Below are positions 37,908 to 51,679 of a stretch of DNA of 64,000 bases, piece after piece. Origin of the DNA: Takakia lepidozioides (Eukaryota; Plantae; Bryophyta); the NCBI GenBank assembly GCA_030704615.1, contig CM060734.1, forward strand, positions 12,400,001 through 12,464,000, read 5' to 3'. The first letter of the stretch is position 1. Every line of letters starts with the position of its first letter. A program made the translations under genes and the position numbers. The notes beneath the pieces are model-generated. The model did no database searches. It was not told the DNA's origin and saw nothing but the letters and a program-made list of their open reading frames with translations.

Positions 37908-40040
37908 AACTTGATATCAGCCTCTGTCAACTTTGTTGCAACTCCAAAGTCAGCGAGCTTACACCAACCCCTATTTATACAGCCCACCCACCAGCATGCA
38001 TACTCAAATGTCAAGAAAATCTGCCTCACCAAAAGATTTGGAAGTTGGCTGCTCATGCAAGAAAACCAATCTTTCCAAAAACTGCATTTGCAGTGTATTG
38101 AATGTAGTGTTATTGCACCAGTATAGAAACGGTATCCACACTCATCACGGCTGCCAACTAATCATCTTTGTACAACATGTGCTCCACATAAGTAGTGTAT
38201 CATTAGATGACCATTGGTTTTCTCTAATTCTGCAAACCAACCTGTCCAAACAAGTCAGGACTCAAAAGAATGACAACACAATTAATACGTTTGTACATTT
38301 TCTTCATAATCCACTACCATTGCTCACCACTTTCCCTACAACTTTATGCTCCATCCAGATTGAATACCAAATGAGATCTCTCGCCGCAAGAGCATGGTAA
38401 ATAATAGGTCCTCTAAACCAGAAATTTCCAACCTACCATCATTTAATACAAACAAGTTGTGAGTCACAAACCAGGGCAATATAAACAGCCACCAGCGACT
38501 TTGGAAATGCCCCAAACTTAGCCGAAGTTTGACGATGCTGGCCAATGACCCATACTCCACACAGCTGGACACCCCCACACTTTCTGTACTGAAGAGCACA
38601 CCATGTTTACAGAAGAGCATTGCAATCTAGAAGTTGAAATTTCAATGCAATAAGAATGAACCTATAGCAAACGATAGCAGTTTACTCGAGGATGATGTAG
38701 AGGTGAGTTTTCGTCTTGAAAGATCCTTGGTACTTCACAATATTCTTATGGTTTAAATTCTGCACAACACATCCACCAACCATAACTCTCTAGTAGACAA
38801 GACTCCAAATATGACTTGAGCTCACTACAGAAATCCCAAAGAGACCAGGATATCCAACCTGCTAAGATATATCAAACAATCATCTTCTGTTTTGTCCAGG
38901 CCATGCTCAGTGGGCCCACAAAATTTCATGATGTTCACATCACACAAGATGCCAGTTTCTTTTGCTCAGTAGGTTAATTTAATTTCATTAGAAAATTACA
39001 TTTACTCAAACCAAGCAGGAGTGGAAAAGCACATGCCCCAATAAGTTGTGATACTGGACTGGCCAAGAGACCCTGCGACTTTAAGTTCTTGAGGCTCTAT
39101 TATGCCAGCCTCAATATCCAACACTGCGGTACTTTCAATGAGATATCAAGCATTTACCAATAAACAAAGGCAAATGCTAAAGACAGGGTTCAGACATACC
39201 TTCAAAAGATCAATCTTTGACCGTGTTTGCACATCCAAAACCACCCACACAAACCACACGTCAGTCCAAAGTCACATGTGGATGCTCTCCGTACCAGTAC
39301 AAAATGGCTCCACTCTAGATAAAAACAGGAAGGCCAAACTGGGCAAGCAATGAACACTCATCTGCAACTATTCTTTCTCTTTTGTCATCTATTCTCTCCC
39401 CACTCTATACATAACCATTGTACATCGCTTCACACTCCACCATCACGAATGATGAGAAAAAAAAAATATAGCCTGCAGCTAGAATCAGTAGAGATTGATA
39501 TCCAAGAAATTCATACCAACAAGGGCAACTTACCCATGAATCCAAGGCCAGTTCAAAACAACATTTTTCTCACCCATGAAGCAGAGCACTCAGGGTATCT
39601 AGAGTCCAACAATGTGCCTTAAACAGAGGAGCAGACATGTTGCAGCATCTCTCTACCAGCTCAACCCACTACGACACCCGGAGTAAAGACTTCAACTTTG
39701 ACAATGGAGTAGGGAGGAAAAGTTGTCCTTGGCCCCAAGCCTTCTTTTTTGTGCGTACGATCCTATCTAGTTGGTATTCCACCTTTTCTCTCATCATCAC
39801 AAACACAAGTCCAAAAGAGAAGCGCATAACACTAGCAGAGCTGAGAGAACACACCATAATAATGGTAAGATCCTCAGGGGGTATATTCTCCAGAGACACC
39901 TACTTAATTGCAACGAAATTCCCATTTTCCAAGTCCAAGCTTTTGTAATATACTCGCCCATAGGCGCCTTTCCCTATCTCATCCCCCAACATCTGTACCT
40001 CATTAAATTATGTCAGGTTTTAAAGAAGCTAGTACAGGGT
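37908..40040 (-). pseudogene. MAP3KE: MAP3K-epsilon (Cdc15/Cdc7-like) kinase pseudogene, N-terminal exons only
   Basis: Spliced pieces MLGDEIGKGAYGRVY..LDLENGNFVAIK*VSLENIPPEDL (~39855-40000), KIDLLK (~39200-39220), NLNHKNIVKYQGSFKTKTHLYIILE (~38686-38760), VEYGSLASIVK..FGAFPKSLVAVYIA and KLADFGVATKLTEAD. It has a stop codon and frameshifts and is truncated after the DFG motif. Confidence 0.88.
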
Positions 40041-40825
40041 GCATGGGAACAGGAGCTTTCTTTCTCGGCGTCCTGAGGTAATTCAAATTGAGGAGGGTAG
40101 CCAGGGGAGTGTGCCAACTATGATCCTTCTCCTTTAGATCCCACCTCCGTCACTATCAAAAACCCAAAAACAAATAGAACAGCTATTGTCTAGCTTTGAC
40201 ATGCTATGTGTATATATCTCTCTCTCTCTCGCACAATCACAGTTTTGTGCATCTCCAAATTTTAAAATCGCAATCAGCCTGTACTTATGATTTGCCATGG
40301 CATGACAATGGCATCATGAGACTAATTATGTCTTGTCATACCTCGTAAAAGCTCAGAGGGCGGGGTTGATCATCACATGGCCTGTCTTCGAAGTGGACTG
40401 TTTTGCATCCGGTGGCCAGCAAACTAGCACCTTTCCTGTCTATGGGGACCCCCTTCCAAAGCCCCATAGATGCGCTTTCATGCTAGATTCTCGAGTCCAC
40501 TTTGGTGACTAGTACTTTTGGATACCCTAGATTCCTTGGCCGACAAGTGTTTACATTTCAATCAACAAAGATTGTCATGAATCTCTGATTTCTCTGATGG
40601 GAAAAGCAGAGTTCTAATGATAGCACCAAAAGGTCAAATCAATGGAAGTTCACGGCCATTAAGCATGTTTATTTGGGAATATCCCCACGAGGATCTTGGC
40701 AAGAGTATTCACATCAGAGATCTGCCTTAGCATCCAATCTCATGAATTGGGTGGACTACTGCAAATTCTTGCAGATTGATGTGGATCTCATATTACTCTG
40801 GGGCCTCTTCCATGGTACATTGAAC

Positions 40826-41000
40826 ATACTGGCCAAGTCTCAAAGCGAACCAAAATCATTTGGATGGGCAACCATCCGTTGAGCCATCGAATGAATTTCG
40901 ATTGATCTGATATTAGTCCGGGACCTGTGAGAGGGTGTCTCGAACGTACTGGCAAAGTTTGGAAGCAAACAAAAATGATTTGGATGGGCAACCATCCGTT
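40826..41000. repeat. Two-copy direct repeat of about 55 bp, period about 120
   Basis: tactggc.aagt...aa.c.aac.aaaat.atttggatgggcaaccatccgtt occurs twice. Confidence 0.75.
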
Positions 41001-42304
41001 CACCCATTGAATGTATTCTGTTGGATCTGCTATTACTTTGGGACCTGTTGGACTGCGTTTCGCGTGCTCAAGTTTTTTTTTTTCATTCCGTTTTTGAATG
41101 GGGCGTGTAATGACTCCATATGCAACTAGGTTATATTGAAAATTTTACTGAAATGCTTTTGGCGTCAGAACCCCTCCCAACAGAGCTGTGAGTTGACATC
41201 GGGATACGGTACATAAAACTTAAAGTGACTTTACTAGATTGAAGAGTCAGTGCTAGGGCCAGGGTTTATGTTCTGGACTCAAAGGAGACTTTGCAACTAT
41301 GATCTAGATACCATGGAGTGTCAATGCTAAGGAGGGTTTAAGCCTTGGATCCAAAACATCCAGACTTCCTGCATTGACCCAGGTATTAGAGGCACAAAAT
41401 CGAGAGTGTAAGAGCAAGAGTTTCCACCTGATGGCCACAAGGCTATGGCTTAATAGTACATTCTCTCACGCTCTCTCTATCCCTCCTGCAGGAAGATATG
41501 GGCCTTTGAGTACCGTGTACCTCCCTTGCACCAACGTTGCGCTGTGTGGATTGCCAATCAAGAACCTGAAAACACAACATTGAGGGACGAATCCGAAAAA
41601 CATTAGTCGAGTAAAACAACATCAATACAATATGCTTGCATTAAGTGGAGAATAAGAGAACACATGGTCGAGACAGGTGTTGGAGGCCATTCATGGACAA
41701 CCAATTGACAGTTCTCCCTTTGGCCTGATCTTGTTGTACCTTGCAGGTACGGTTTGGTGTGTGTGAGGCGGCGTTTTCTCTTCATAACGTCTTCCCCGGC
41801 CTTAGCGAGGCCCTCCAAGCGCTTGAGGGGACAAACTATTGCAAAATGCAATTCCTCAACCACAACAAAACCAAGATGTTTTTAATGGCCAGACTGATCA
41901 GAGCAATCCAGCACTATGAAAAAAAACACAAATGTGATTGCCAGCGAGTAGATAAAGCCCAACAGGCACACGTTGGTAAATGCTTCGAGCTCACCACCTT
42001 TCTCCACCGCCGTCTTTCCAGATGCTGGAGAAACGTTTTGAACAAGAGTTCGTGGGGAACAAGGGCTTGAGGGGAACAAACGAATGTCGGGAATTGAAAA
42101 CGCCGATATCTGTCTAAGGTTCTCCAAAACGGACCTCTAAACGTACACTAGTTAACCCCCCCCCGGCACCCTTAACCCTTATCGCCTCCGATTAAGCATG
42201 CCGGACAGGCCCCGACAGGGTTCGTAACCACTCCGCTTTGTGCGGCCCTGGTTAAGGAAAATCTGGCGGGTAGTACACCATATTTGCTCCTTAACCCGGC
42301 AGGT

Positions 42305-42383
42305 GCGGCCTGGCCCTTAGTCTGAAATAAAATCTAACCAGGGCCTCTATCCCCTGTTCTCTCCAAAAACAAAAAACAAAAAA
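42305..42383 (+). mobile_element. Very short LINE-type 3' tail upstream of DRG2
   Basis: aaataaaatctaaccaggg...cccctgttctct plus an A-rich tail parallels aaataaagatctacaggg...ccccctgttctct plus A-tail at 4672-4744. Confidence 0.6.
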
Positions 42384-43285
42384 CGCGGACTCTGGAAACC
42401 TAAATGTCAACCCTCGCTTGGCTCTAAACACAGCGATGCTGCTAGTCGGAAAGCCGATGTGCTTGGGGAGGCCTTCCAGCCATGGAGCTCGTGGTCCTGA
42501 GAACGGTCGGTAGCTGTTGTGCGTGAAGTAGGTCCGAAGATTATCGTCATCGCAGGTGCATCTTCGTGCTTGTGATCCAGTCTTGCACTTTGAGGTCTGC
42601 AGATCAGTTCGTGGCCAGTGGATCTCGTGAATGTCTTCTCTACCTCTTTCCCAGAGAAAGAGGAGGTATTTTCCTCTGGAGTGTTGATTGCATTAGTGTC
42701 ATGCTCAGTTTCTTTCAGCCAGAGCTGAAATAACATGTGCGCCGACTTGGACACGTCGTCAAATTGCTTACACTGCTTCATTGACGTACTGTCGGCTGTG
42801 AGGTTCTTTCATCTATCTTAGAAATCACGTTGGATAAGCTTCCTGCCTTCCGTTCATGACAGACATCACCCCCATGCTGTACGGAAAGGGCCTATTAAAG
42901 TAAATTCAGGCCCAATTAGAGGAAAGCGATCACTAGATCTGTATCCAGAACTTGTTGTCATTCTGACACCTATGCATCAACTGCCAGCGGTGTCAATTGC
43001 TGTGCACACGTTGTGCAGTCGCTTTTGGAAGCTAACTGACTGATTACAAAGGTACGCATTTGTCCTAAACCTAAGTGTGGCTATTGGCATCTGGTGTCAA
43101 TCAGTATGGACGATGCACAAGGTGGCAGAGATTAAGAGCTCTTAGCAGAGAAACATTTTAAGGAGATTGTGCACGGGTACGCCGTCTGTCCTCCCTTTTA
43201 ACCCCCTTTACCTTGCCACATACAGGGATCGACAGCTAATTGAAGACCAGAAGCATCAGGATTTGCCACAGCACCTTCAGTCAAT

Positions 43286-46200
43286 ATGGGGATAATCGAG
43301 AAGATTAAAGAGATTGAGCTCGAGATGGCTCGAACTCAGAAGAATAAAGCCACAGGTCCACTACTCTGTACCTTCCCAACGTGGCTATGGGGTTTAACCA
43401 ACCAGGGTTGCACAGCTGACACAACCCGGCCATAGAGACCAACACACAGGACACCTTCTCTTTGTTTGGTATTCCAACAATACTGAAGGGCAGGCTGTAG
43501 CTTTGGACTGGCAGTGACTGCACTGTAAGTCCTTCGAGAATAATTCTTGAGACAGAGAAAGAAGGGAATTTTGTCAACAGCTCATAGTGATAAGTGTGTG
43601 ATGGTAACATTCAGTGGTCATCGTTGTCATATTAATGTGTTGGGCCTTGGATGCATGCGGTAATGACAATGAAAAGTCAAATTACTTCAGTTCTGAAATG
43701 TGTGGAGATGGGCCTGTTTTGGTGAGTAAAGTGTGTTTCTTTTCCTTCACCAAAAATATGTATATATACATTTTGGGGCACTGCTAACATGGTTGAAGAT
43801 TGTATGCAGAGTATCATTTGGGGCAGCTGAAGGCAAGGATAGCAAAGCTGAGGACACAACTACTGGAACCACCTAAGGTTATCCTAGCTCCTACTTGCAT
43901 ATGCTTTTGTTTCTTCTGACCACTGCCATTAACATATGTTATTCTCTGTAGAATTACCAAATTGCTTTCCAGATGTTCTGGATTGGTTTGGATAGTTTTT
44001 CTTTTTCTGGTATCCAATCCTCTTCTTCAATGTCTGGACCTGGATGCATTCATTAGTACAGCTTGATAGAGAGAGGATCTTGCCATGATGTTTGGATGGA
44101 CTTATTGGAATTGTGTGCTGGCCATGGATTGAGTCATTTTGTGCTACATTCTCTAAATTCTCATGGTGTTCTATGTGCCATGTTCCACAGGGTGCCAGTC
44201 AAGCAGGAGATGGATTTGAGGTCACAAAGTTTGGTCATGGTCGTGTTGCCCTTATTGGGTTTCCAAGGTACGGAGTGCTGACTACCAGGACCAGTTGTAG
44301 TCCTTGCTAGAATGCAAACAGTCTGCTAGATTAACCTTTCGTTTTGTCATTGTGATCAACTACAAGTGCTCTCAGTTTAGTTGTCACTGTAGGTGATTTG
44401 ACCACACCAGGCAGCGGATGTTCAACACTTAAGAGTTTTTGCTGTCCCAGTAGCAAACAGAAGCAGAGAGGAAAGGGGGACGTAAGTGCCCATTGTGTGG
44501 GCAACCTGAAGACAATATTCACTTTCTGATTCTTTGTCCTGGGTACTCTCACCAGAGAGACGGGCCTCTTCAACTCCATCAAGGGAATTGTGCCTGTACC
44601 TCTGTTTACGAACTTCGAAAGTCTCGAGGCTGAGCCAAAAGCCCAGGCCCTTTTGGGACCTAGTTATTGGGCAAACCACACACAGCAGATTGATGCCTGT
44701 GTAAAGGGATTTCTAGAGGATATCTGGAAAACTCGGATCAATTGTCTGTTCCAAGGTAAGTCAAGCTACCGGTGTCAGCCCCTGACAAAGGTAGTTTCTG
44801 TCCCTTTGTGTTCCGCTCAAACTGAGCGCAGGGTCAATGGCCACAAGGCTACGGCAAACAACGTCTTATGAGTACATTCTTTCCCAGTATGTTTACATCA
44901 GCTGCTTTTGTCTTTTGAATCCCATGCAGTTATCCTTTTGCACTAATCCTCATCATCTGGTCTGCTTTCCCAGTGTTGGAAAGTCTACACTGTTGACTCT
45001 CCTTACAGGTACACAGTCTGAAGCTGCAGCATATGAGTTCACCACACTCACTTGCATTCCGGGTATCATCCACTACAATGATGCCAAGATCCAGCTTCTT
45101 GATCTTCCTGGTATCATAGAGGGTGCTTCTGAAGGCAAAGGTCGTGGCCGACAGGTACTACTAGTGTTCCATATAGGGCAATGAGCAGACAGGACACTGG
45201 TCCTGCTTCAGGGTCATGATACATTTCTAGACATAGAACTCCTTTTAGATTGCCAAGGGATTAGGGAACCGTGGTCCCATGTAGGTGACACTTTGTTCAA
45301 ATATACATAGGCTTTATGTGGGAGCATGAGTCAGACAAGACAGTTGGAGGGTGGGACTCTTCTTAGTCTGAACAGTGGACATCGGTGTTGTGGATTATTC
45401 ACCGGTTGACCCTAGAGCCCTGAAGCAAGTGTGATTGGTCGAGTCTGCAGGTGATTGCAGTGGCCAAGTCTTCAGATCTTGTGTTGATGGTTCTTGATGC
45501 TTCCAAGGTAATTTTGTGTGTATTCAGGTCCTTTCAGTTTTTGTTACTGCCTTTGAGATTTAGCTCTTTGCTGCGTCCTACAGAAAATTTATCTTGCATG
45601 TAAGGAGCCTGACCTCTGGTTCTTTCTCCACTGCAAGTGCTTATATACAGAGAGGGTATACTGATTAGATCACATTGCTACAGGTTTTGCTATAAATCCT
45701 GTGCCCAGCTGGATCATAGGTGTGGTATCATTACTTACATGTCTGGATTTCCGAACCGTTTCTGCACGTCAGGGTGCAATTTTGTCAATCAATTCCTCTA
45801 AGAATGAGAGAACTATCTGGTGCTTATGTGGGACAGAGTGAGGGCCATAGGCAGATATTAACAGGGGAATTGGAAGCTGTAGGGCTCCGCCTTAACAAGC
45901 GGCCGCCACAGGTAGGTCTTCTGCGTATCACAGGTGACTGACCTCCCATCTTCAGCTTTTACGACAATTTTTTTAAATTAATGACATTATTTTAATGAAT
46001 AACGTATGTCTTGATCTGTATTAATGAAAATGTGTGTGCTGTAGGATCTGGATTTCATGTTTCGGTTTAGGAACACTAATAGGATTTAATGTTGAAGATT
46101 AGCGATGAACATAGCAGTCGCAAATGCGGTACTGTGGTTTTCCCAAGTGGTGTTGCAGTTTCATGCAACACCAACCAGCAGGGAGATTTTACCCCAAGGC

Positions 46201-48135
46201 TGGATGACTTTTTGTGCTATGCAGAAATAAGCATTTTGTTCACGAAATGACAAGAAGTCACCAGTCATGCTGACAAGTTTGTGTTACACTCAAAGTACAT
46301 CCATCTGCAATGTGGACATTGTTCCATGGTATTGTTTGTTCAAACTTAATTTCCAAAAGCTGGTTCCTCACCTCCCCTACCTTTGACTGTTGGGCAGATC
46401 TACTTCAAAAGGAAAAAAACTGGGGGGATCTCTTTCAACAGCACAATGCAGCTGACACATGTGGATGAGAAGCTTTGTTACCAAATTTTGCACGAATACA
46501 AGATCCATAATGCTGAGGTGACTACCATCCATGTTCTTTTTCACTAATTTCTAGGTGTCAAAGGGTGCAGTTTTGGGATCTGTGCCGTGAAGTGCTAATT
46601 GGTGCTTTAGAGCTAACCATGGGAATGCAGGTGCTGTTTAGGGAAGACGCCACTGTGGACGACTTGATTGATGTGATAGAAGGCAACCGCAAGTATATCA
46701 AGTGTGTGTACGTTTACAATAAGATTGATGTGGTTGGCATTGACGACGTTGACCGCCTTGCCCGCCAACCCAATTCCATTGTCATCAGCTGTAACCTTAA
46801 GGTGACTTGTTGTAACCTTTTCAATAGACTTTGTTGCCAGACTCTTCTGATGGGGTTTCTCTCGCTGTAGCCTTTTTGGCCATACAGACTGAGGTGGTTA
46901 AGGGTGGAGCAGACGTGCACCTGATGCAGTAGCTTTGTGTACATGTTTGGCATGGGTAGTTGTGATCCAGCTAGGGGATGGTTTGATGAGCATTGTGCTG
47001 AAACTATATTTTTTGAAGATGAGGTGATTGTTGTGATAGCTGTAGTGATGGTGGTTGTGGGATGTAGTTGAACCTGGATAGATTGCTAGCTAAAATGTGG
47101 GAGGAGATGGGACTTGTGCGTGTCTATACTAAACCTCAAGGCCAACAACCTGACTTCTCCGAACCCGTCGTTCTCTCCACTGTAAGCTCTACAGTACCCT
47201 TTCCCCAGTCTGTCTGTATGTGTGGATGTGGTCCCATAAGCTCGTTGACCTTTTTGTGGGTGTTGTAGAAGTCCCTTCTTCATCTCTTTTTTGCTTTCTT
47301 CCTCCCCCCTTCCTCCATCCTCTTTGCTATTTCGAGTTGCGCTCTGGCATAGAGGCATAGAAGGGTCCGAATGGTTTTGAAGTTCCTGAGATGTGGAGGG
47401 AAATGGGCAGTTAGGGTACTGCTGCACACATGGAAACATCACAAGATGTGACGAGGAACAGGCTCAAAATATGTACAACTTAGGTTGCGAGTGCAAGGGG
47501 TCAATAATCGTGGGATGTTCAACTTCCAGGACAGAGGGGGATGCTCAGTAGAAGATTTTTGTAATCACATTCATCGTAGCTTGTTGAGGGACATCAAATA
47601 CGCGCTTGTCTGGGGTGGAAGTGCCAAGCACTATCCGCAGCGTTGTGGCACCTCTCATATCCTTCATGATGAGGATGTGGTTCAGATTGTCAAGAAGAAA
47701 GTAAGTCTCAGATCTCCATACATTCTGTGGGTTGGGGCAAGGTAGAGCTAGCTTGAAATTCATTATCTCCATCTGTTCACAGCTCAATTTTTTTTTCTGA
47801 CTGTCTGGAGTAAAGCTCAATCCTGTAGACAGGATGATGTTTGCTTAGAGAGAGTCGTGGCAACTTGCTAGTAAGAATGTCTCTGTATTATTTCACTTGG
47901 ATCAATGGCTCAAGGCTGCCGCATGGTTTGGCAATTACTCTTCCAAGTACATTGTCTTGAATTGTGTATCTCTGTTTATATCTTTGATTCCAGCATGTCC
48001 ATCCTTTGCTGATATTGTAATGTTTACTTGCTACAGGAGAAGGAAGAGGATGGAGGGAGAGGTCGATTCAAGTCACATACAACTGGTCCAGCCCGAATTG
48101 CTGATCGAGAAAAGAAGGCCCCCCTCAAGACATGA
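43286..48135 (+). CDS. DRG2: Developmentally regulated GTP-binding protein (DRG2-type, OBG family), 11 exons, about 400 aa
   Basis: Exons 43286-43355, 43810-43877, 44191-44267, 44974-45154, 45451-45507, 45837-45911, 46398-46517, 46631-46801, 47068-47181, 47530-47700, 48037-48135. Motifs [52 protein letters not shown] and a TGS domain. Confidence 0.96.
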
Positions 48136-48254
48136 TACGAGCTGTGCATGTGTCCTATTTCTGAAACATCTCTGCAGACATTTGATGTCTGTTATGTGAA
48201 TTGGCTGCCATGGAACCCTCTCATGTACCTCTCTTTAAATGCCCGGAGGGAGAA

Positions 48255-49745
48255 CAACGCCGTATTCTCAGTGACCCACAAGAAGGTTTTCGTGCTACGC
48301 GAAGCACTACTAGACAAATCCAATATGTTATATCTGCCCTAGAAGATGCCAAGCTTACTAAACAAGACATCTACCTCATGTATATTGATTTTAAGAATGC
48401 CTTTGGCTCCTTAGATCATCCTCGCCTACTAGCCATTATGGCAGATTTAGGATACCCTACTGATGCTATCCAACTCATTGGTAACATCTACACCAATAGT
48501 ACCACAGAATATTGCGGTTTTTATTACGGCACTACCCCTCCTATCCCCATTGTACGAGGCACCATCTAAGGAGACACACTAAGTCCCTACCTATTCATCA
48601 TCTTTCTTGAACCTCTACTAAGATGGCTCGCGGGCGGTAACCTAGGATACCAATACAAAACCTCTTTTAATGAAATATTCGTGGCTGCCTATGCCGACGA
48701 TCTCGCCATTCTAGCACACAAGCCCCAACACCTCAATCGCCAGGTTGACAAATTATCTCGCTTTAACCAATGGTCCGGTATGGAACTAAGCCTCCACAAA
48801 TGTGTGATCACTGCAGCCACACACCACAGTAAATTCACTAAATCTACGATAGCCTCTCATTGCAAACTTCACATACATTACCAACAAAAACCCTTCCCAT
48901 TTTTAGGCCCGAACGAACCCTACACGTACTTGGGTATCTAGCTGGTTCCCTCATTCAAATGGCATATACAAAAAATCACCAAACTTTCTAAGCTAACCAA
49001 TAGAAGTCTAGCCCTCCTCAAATCTCCAGTTTCCATCCGCCCCAAACTAGCCATCATCCAAAAAGTCCTCAAACCGCAAGTCCAGTACGCCTTTCATGCG
49101 GCCCCCTTCTCCCTACCTGACGTCAAACTACTCGACAAAACTATTACTCAACTCACAAACGTATTTGTGGCCTACCCACCAGTACCCCGAACGCTCTTAC
49201 TCAACTCCCACAAGACAGCTGTGGCATTGGATCGAGCCCCTTAATTATCTCATATGCCCGCACCCTTGGTTCGCAACTTCAAGAAGCCCTCAACGACCCT
49301 GGTCGCCTTGGGCTCATTTTCAAAGGACTTCTTCAACATCTAGCGGTTAAATTTAATGGGCTATATTCCCTCCCCACTCTCCACCCTCAATCTTGCCTCC
49401 ATTTCCCCACCGCCCGCACACTGTTTATCCTACGACAAATGAAGATTCGCATACAAACCGACTTACCGGGGTACCCCAACTCTATATCACCACTTGAACG
49501 TGCCTGGCTTCATAGCCCCTTTTCATCACAATTTGAAACCTCACACCCACGTCAAAAGAAATTCATCATTGCCTACTTTAAAGACCGGCATATAACTAAC
49601 CTTACCCAACTCACTACTGCCATTGGGGTTCGGCTCCTAACCCCAAGCCAATTCACCTTGAAACACTCCGCGCCACTGTCAAAACACATAGATACCTGCA
49701 CAACATCTCCGCCTCCTATTTTGTCCCCCGACTGCCACGTGCACC
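48255..49745 (+). mobile_element. LINE reverse transcriptase fragment, probably the same Dualen-like family
   Basis: QEGFR, YIDFKNAFGS, RGTI*GDTLSPYLF, AYADDL and YTYLG. The sense strand is C/A-rich like the other fragments. Confidence 0.88.
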
Positions 49746-51275
49746 CGTGAATGTGAGGTGTATGGCTTTGAAACATTTGTGAATAGCGGTGATAGGGAGT
49801 TGAAAGTTGTTTTGTAGTGCTGAGATGCTGGCATTATGGATGCCCCCTCGGGTGTCGGCAGTGATAACAGTGAGTGGGCCTGTGGCCCATCCCCGCCGCC
49901 GAATAGCAAGGATGAGTGGTGCGTATTTTTGGCGTTTTTCTAGGAGGGAGGAGCTGGGGAAGCGGTCATGACAGAACGTGAATTCTATGAAATGTATGGT
50001 GATGGTTGGGGATGGCGTGAGGGGTGGATCAGCATTAATGGGAAGGCCCTGGACTAGGAGGATGTCCGGGCATAGTCTGGCAGGGCATGAGCATGCTATA
50101 TGAGGTCGGCATATACAGGGAAGTAGCCACGTTGGTACCGTGTGGTCAAGGGGCCGTCCTTGGTACGTGCTAGCATTGATGAGTGGGAACCACCTAGTTT
50201 TAGTACGGCGTAATAAGAGTTTGTGTAGGTGCCATACGACATGATTGTGGCAGGCAATACGAAATCCATGGAGGACGGGATGGGGGCATTTGCTGAGGAG
50301 ATGAGGCCAGGTATCTCGCGTGGCGTGGGTGTGGGAGCAGAGTGGGCAGTGCGGGGATGGGAATTGAGTAGGCCAGAAGGTATATTTGCATTGGTGACCC
50401 ATATATTGGGCATATCTGAATTTAAGTGTTTGCCGTATTTGTGCATCAGATACGGCTTTAGAGTTCCAGAAGTGGTTTGACAGCTTGTGATGGAGGACCT
50501 GGGAGAGGGACCATTTTTGGATATGTAATTTAGTATGACTAAGAGACGCTGAGGCTTGTTTGTTGGCTTCTTTAGTCAGTGTGGTAAGAAGGTTCCGAAT
50601 TGGGCGGGGTTCTGGAGGGTTAGGTATTGGGTGAATCAGCCAAAAGGGATGTGTGTGAGCAATGTGAATGGGGTCGGCTGTGGGTTCGACTGGGGGTTTG
50701 GAGGCCCCCAATTGGGCAAAGAGGTCTGCCTCCTCATTGCCATGAATACCAGTATGTGAACGGACTTTGAGAAAATGAATGGGTTTATTGATGGAGATGG
50801 CGAGTTTGGCAATTGCGGAGAGAAGGTTTCGATCCGGGTGATGGAAATGGGAGGAGGGGCAGGCAACGTGGTTACGAAGTAAAAAAAAAAAGTTGAGGCC
50901 GTCCGTGAAAATGTAGTATGGCGAGGGGAATGCGGTTAATTGTGATAACGCTTCAAAAATAGCCATCAGCTCGGCACGGAGGATGGTTGCGGCACCTGGC
51001 AGTCTGTGGGCGGTCCCGTTGCTGGTGGCGGCATGGTAGACGCCGTATCCAGCAAGGGATCCTGATTGGGAGCCGTCTGTGTAGTGCGAGTGGAGTGGGG
51101 AGTATTTGGGGGAAGTAGGCCCTAGGTGGACCAGGGGGGCTTCATGGGAGGGTAAATTGTACAGGGTACTTGGACGAGGTGGAGTCTTGTCCCATACTAT
51201 GCTATGTTTTGGCCTTGGGGGTGGTTTGGCGGGAGGGCTTCGTAGGGGCAGAGGGGGGGTAGGTGGTAACCACCA
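49746..51275 (-). mobile_element. LINE RNase H-CCHC-RLE segment in one open frame
   Basis: ORF 49716-51281: YTDGS, RAELMAI, IFTDG, KVRSHTGIHGNEEADL, CPLC..H..C..HN, RLCPDILL..FIEFT..EKRQKY. It continues beyond the Gypsy insertion at 63287. Confidence 0.92.
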
Positions 51276-51628
51276 TGTCAAGTTAAATAAGCACAGTGTG
51301 AAAACAGCTAGAATAAAACTAGTTATTTATATTTAACACTTGGATTTAGGTCAAGTGTTAAATCAGGTGTCAAGTTTAGTTTGACACCTGGTCCGTCTTA
51401 TCTTCACGAGAGCGGCAGTCGCGCAGCTCATCTCTCTCGAGTTGAGCCTGCGCGACCAAGCTCCTTCATGCGTTTAGATCTGAGTGTGCTTCTGATGGGA
51501 GTGTAGGTTGTTGTGGGGTGGAGTCCCCATAGCTTGGGGTGCCCCTGGCTCGACTTCTATTATAAAGAGTGATAGTGATGGATTTCATATGTTTTGTGTC
51601 AACAGTGTGTTAGTGGGTTTTCTTATCA
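51276..51628 (+). repeat. LTR segment B (5' copy)
   Basis: 353 bp, about 4 substitutions versus 62848-63200. Confidence 0.95.
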
Positions 51629-51645
51629 CTCGAGAGAGATGAGCT
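51629..51645 (+). promoter_or_regulatory. Self-priming primer binding site
   Basis: CTCGAGAGAGATGAGCT directly after the LTR end TTATCA is the exact reverse complement of 51425-51441. Confidence 0.8.
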
Positions 51646-51679
51646 CTATCTAGTTTTCTAGTGCTAAGCTAGATATGAT

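Noticed and set aside
42407-42781. Divergent 124-aa gene upstream of DRG2
   Set aside because: No recognisable motifs or splice partners; probably an antisense ORF in the DRG2 leader.
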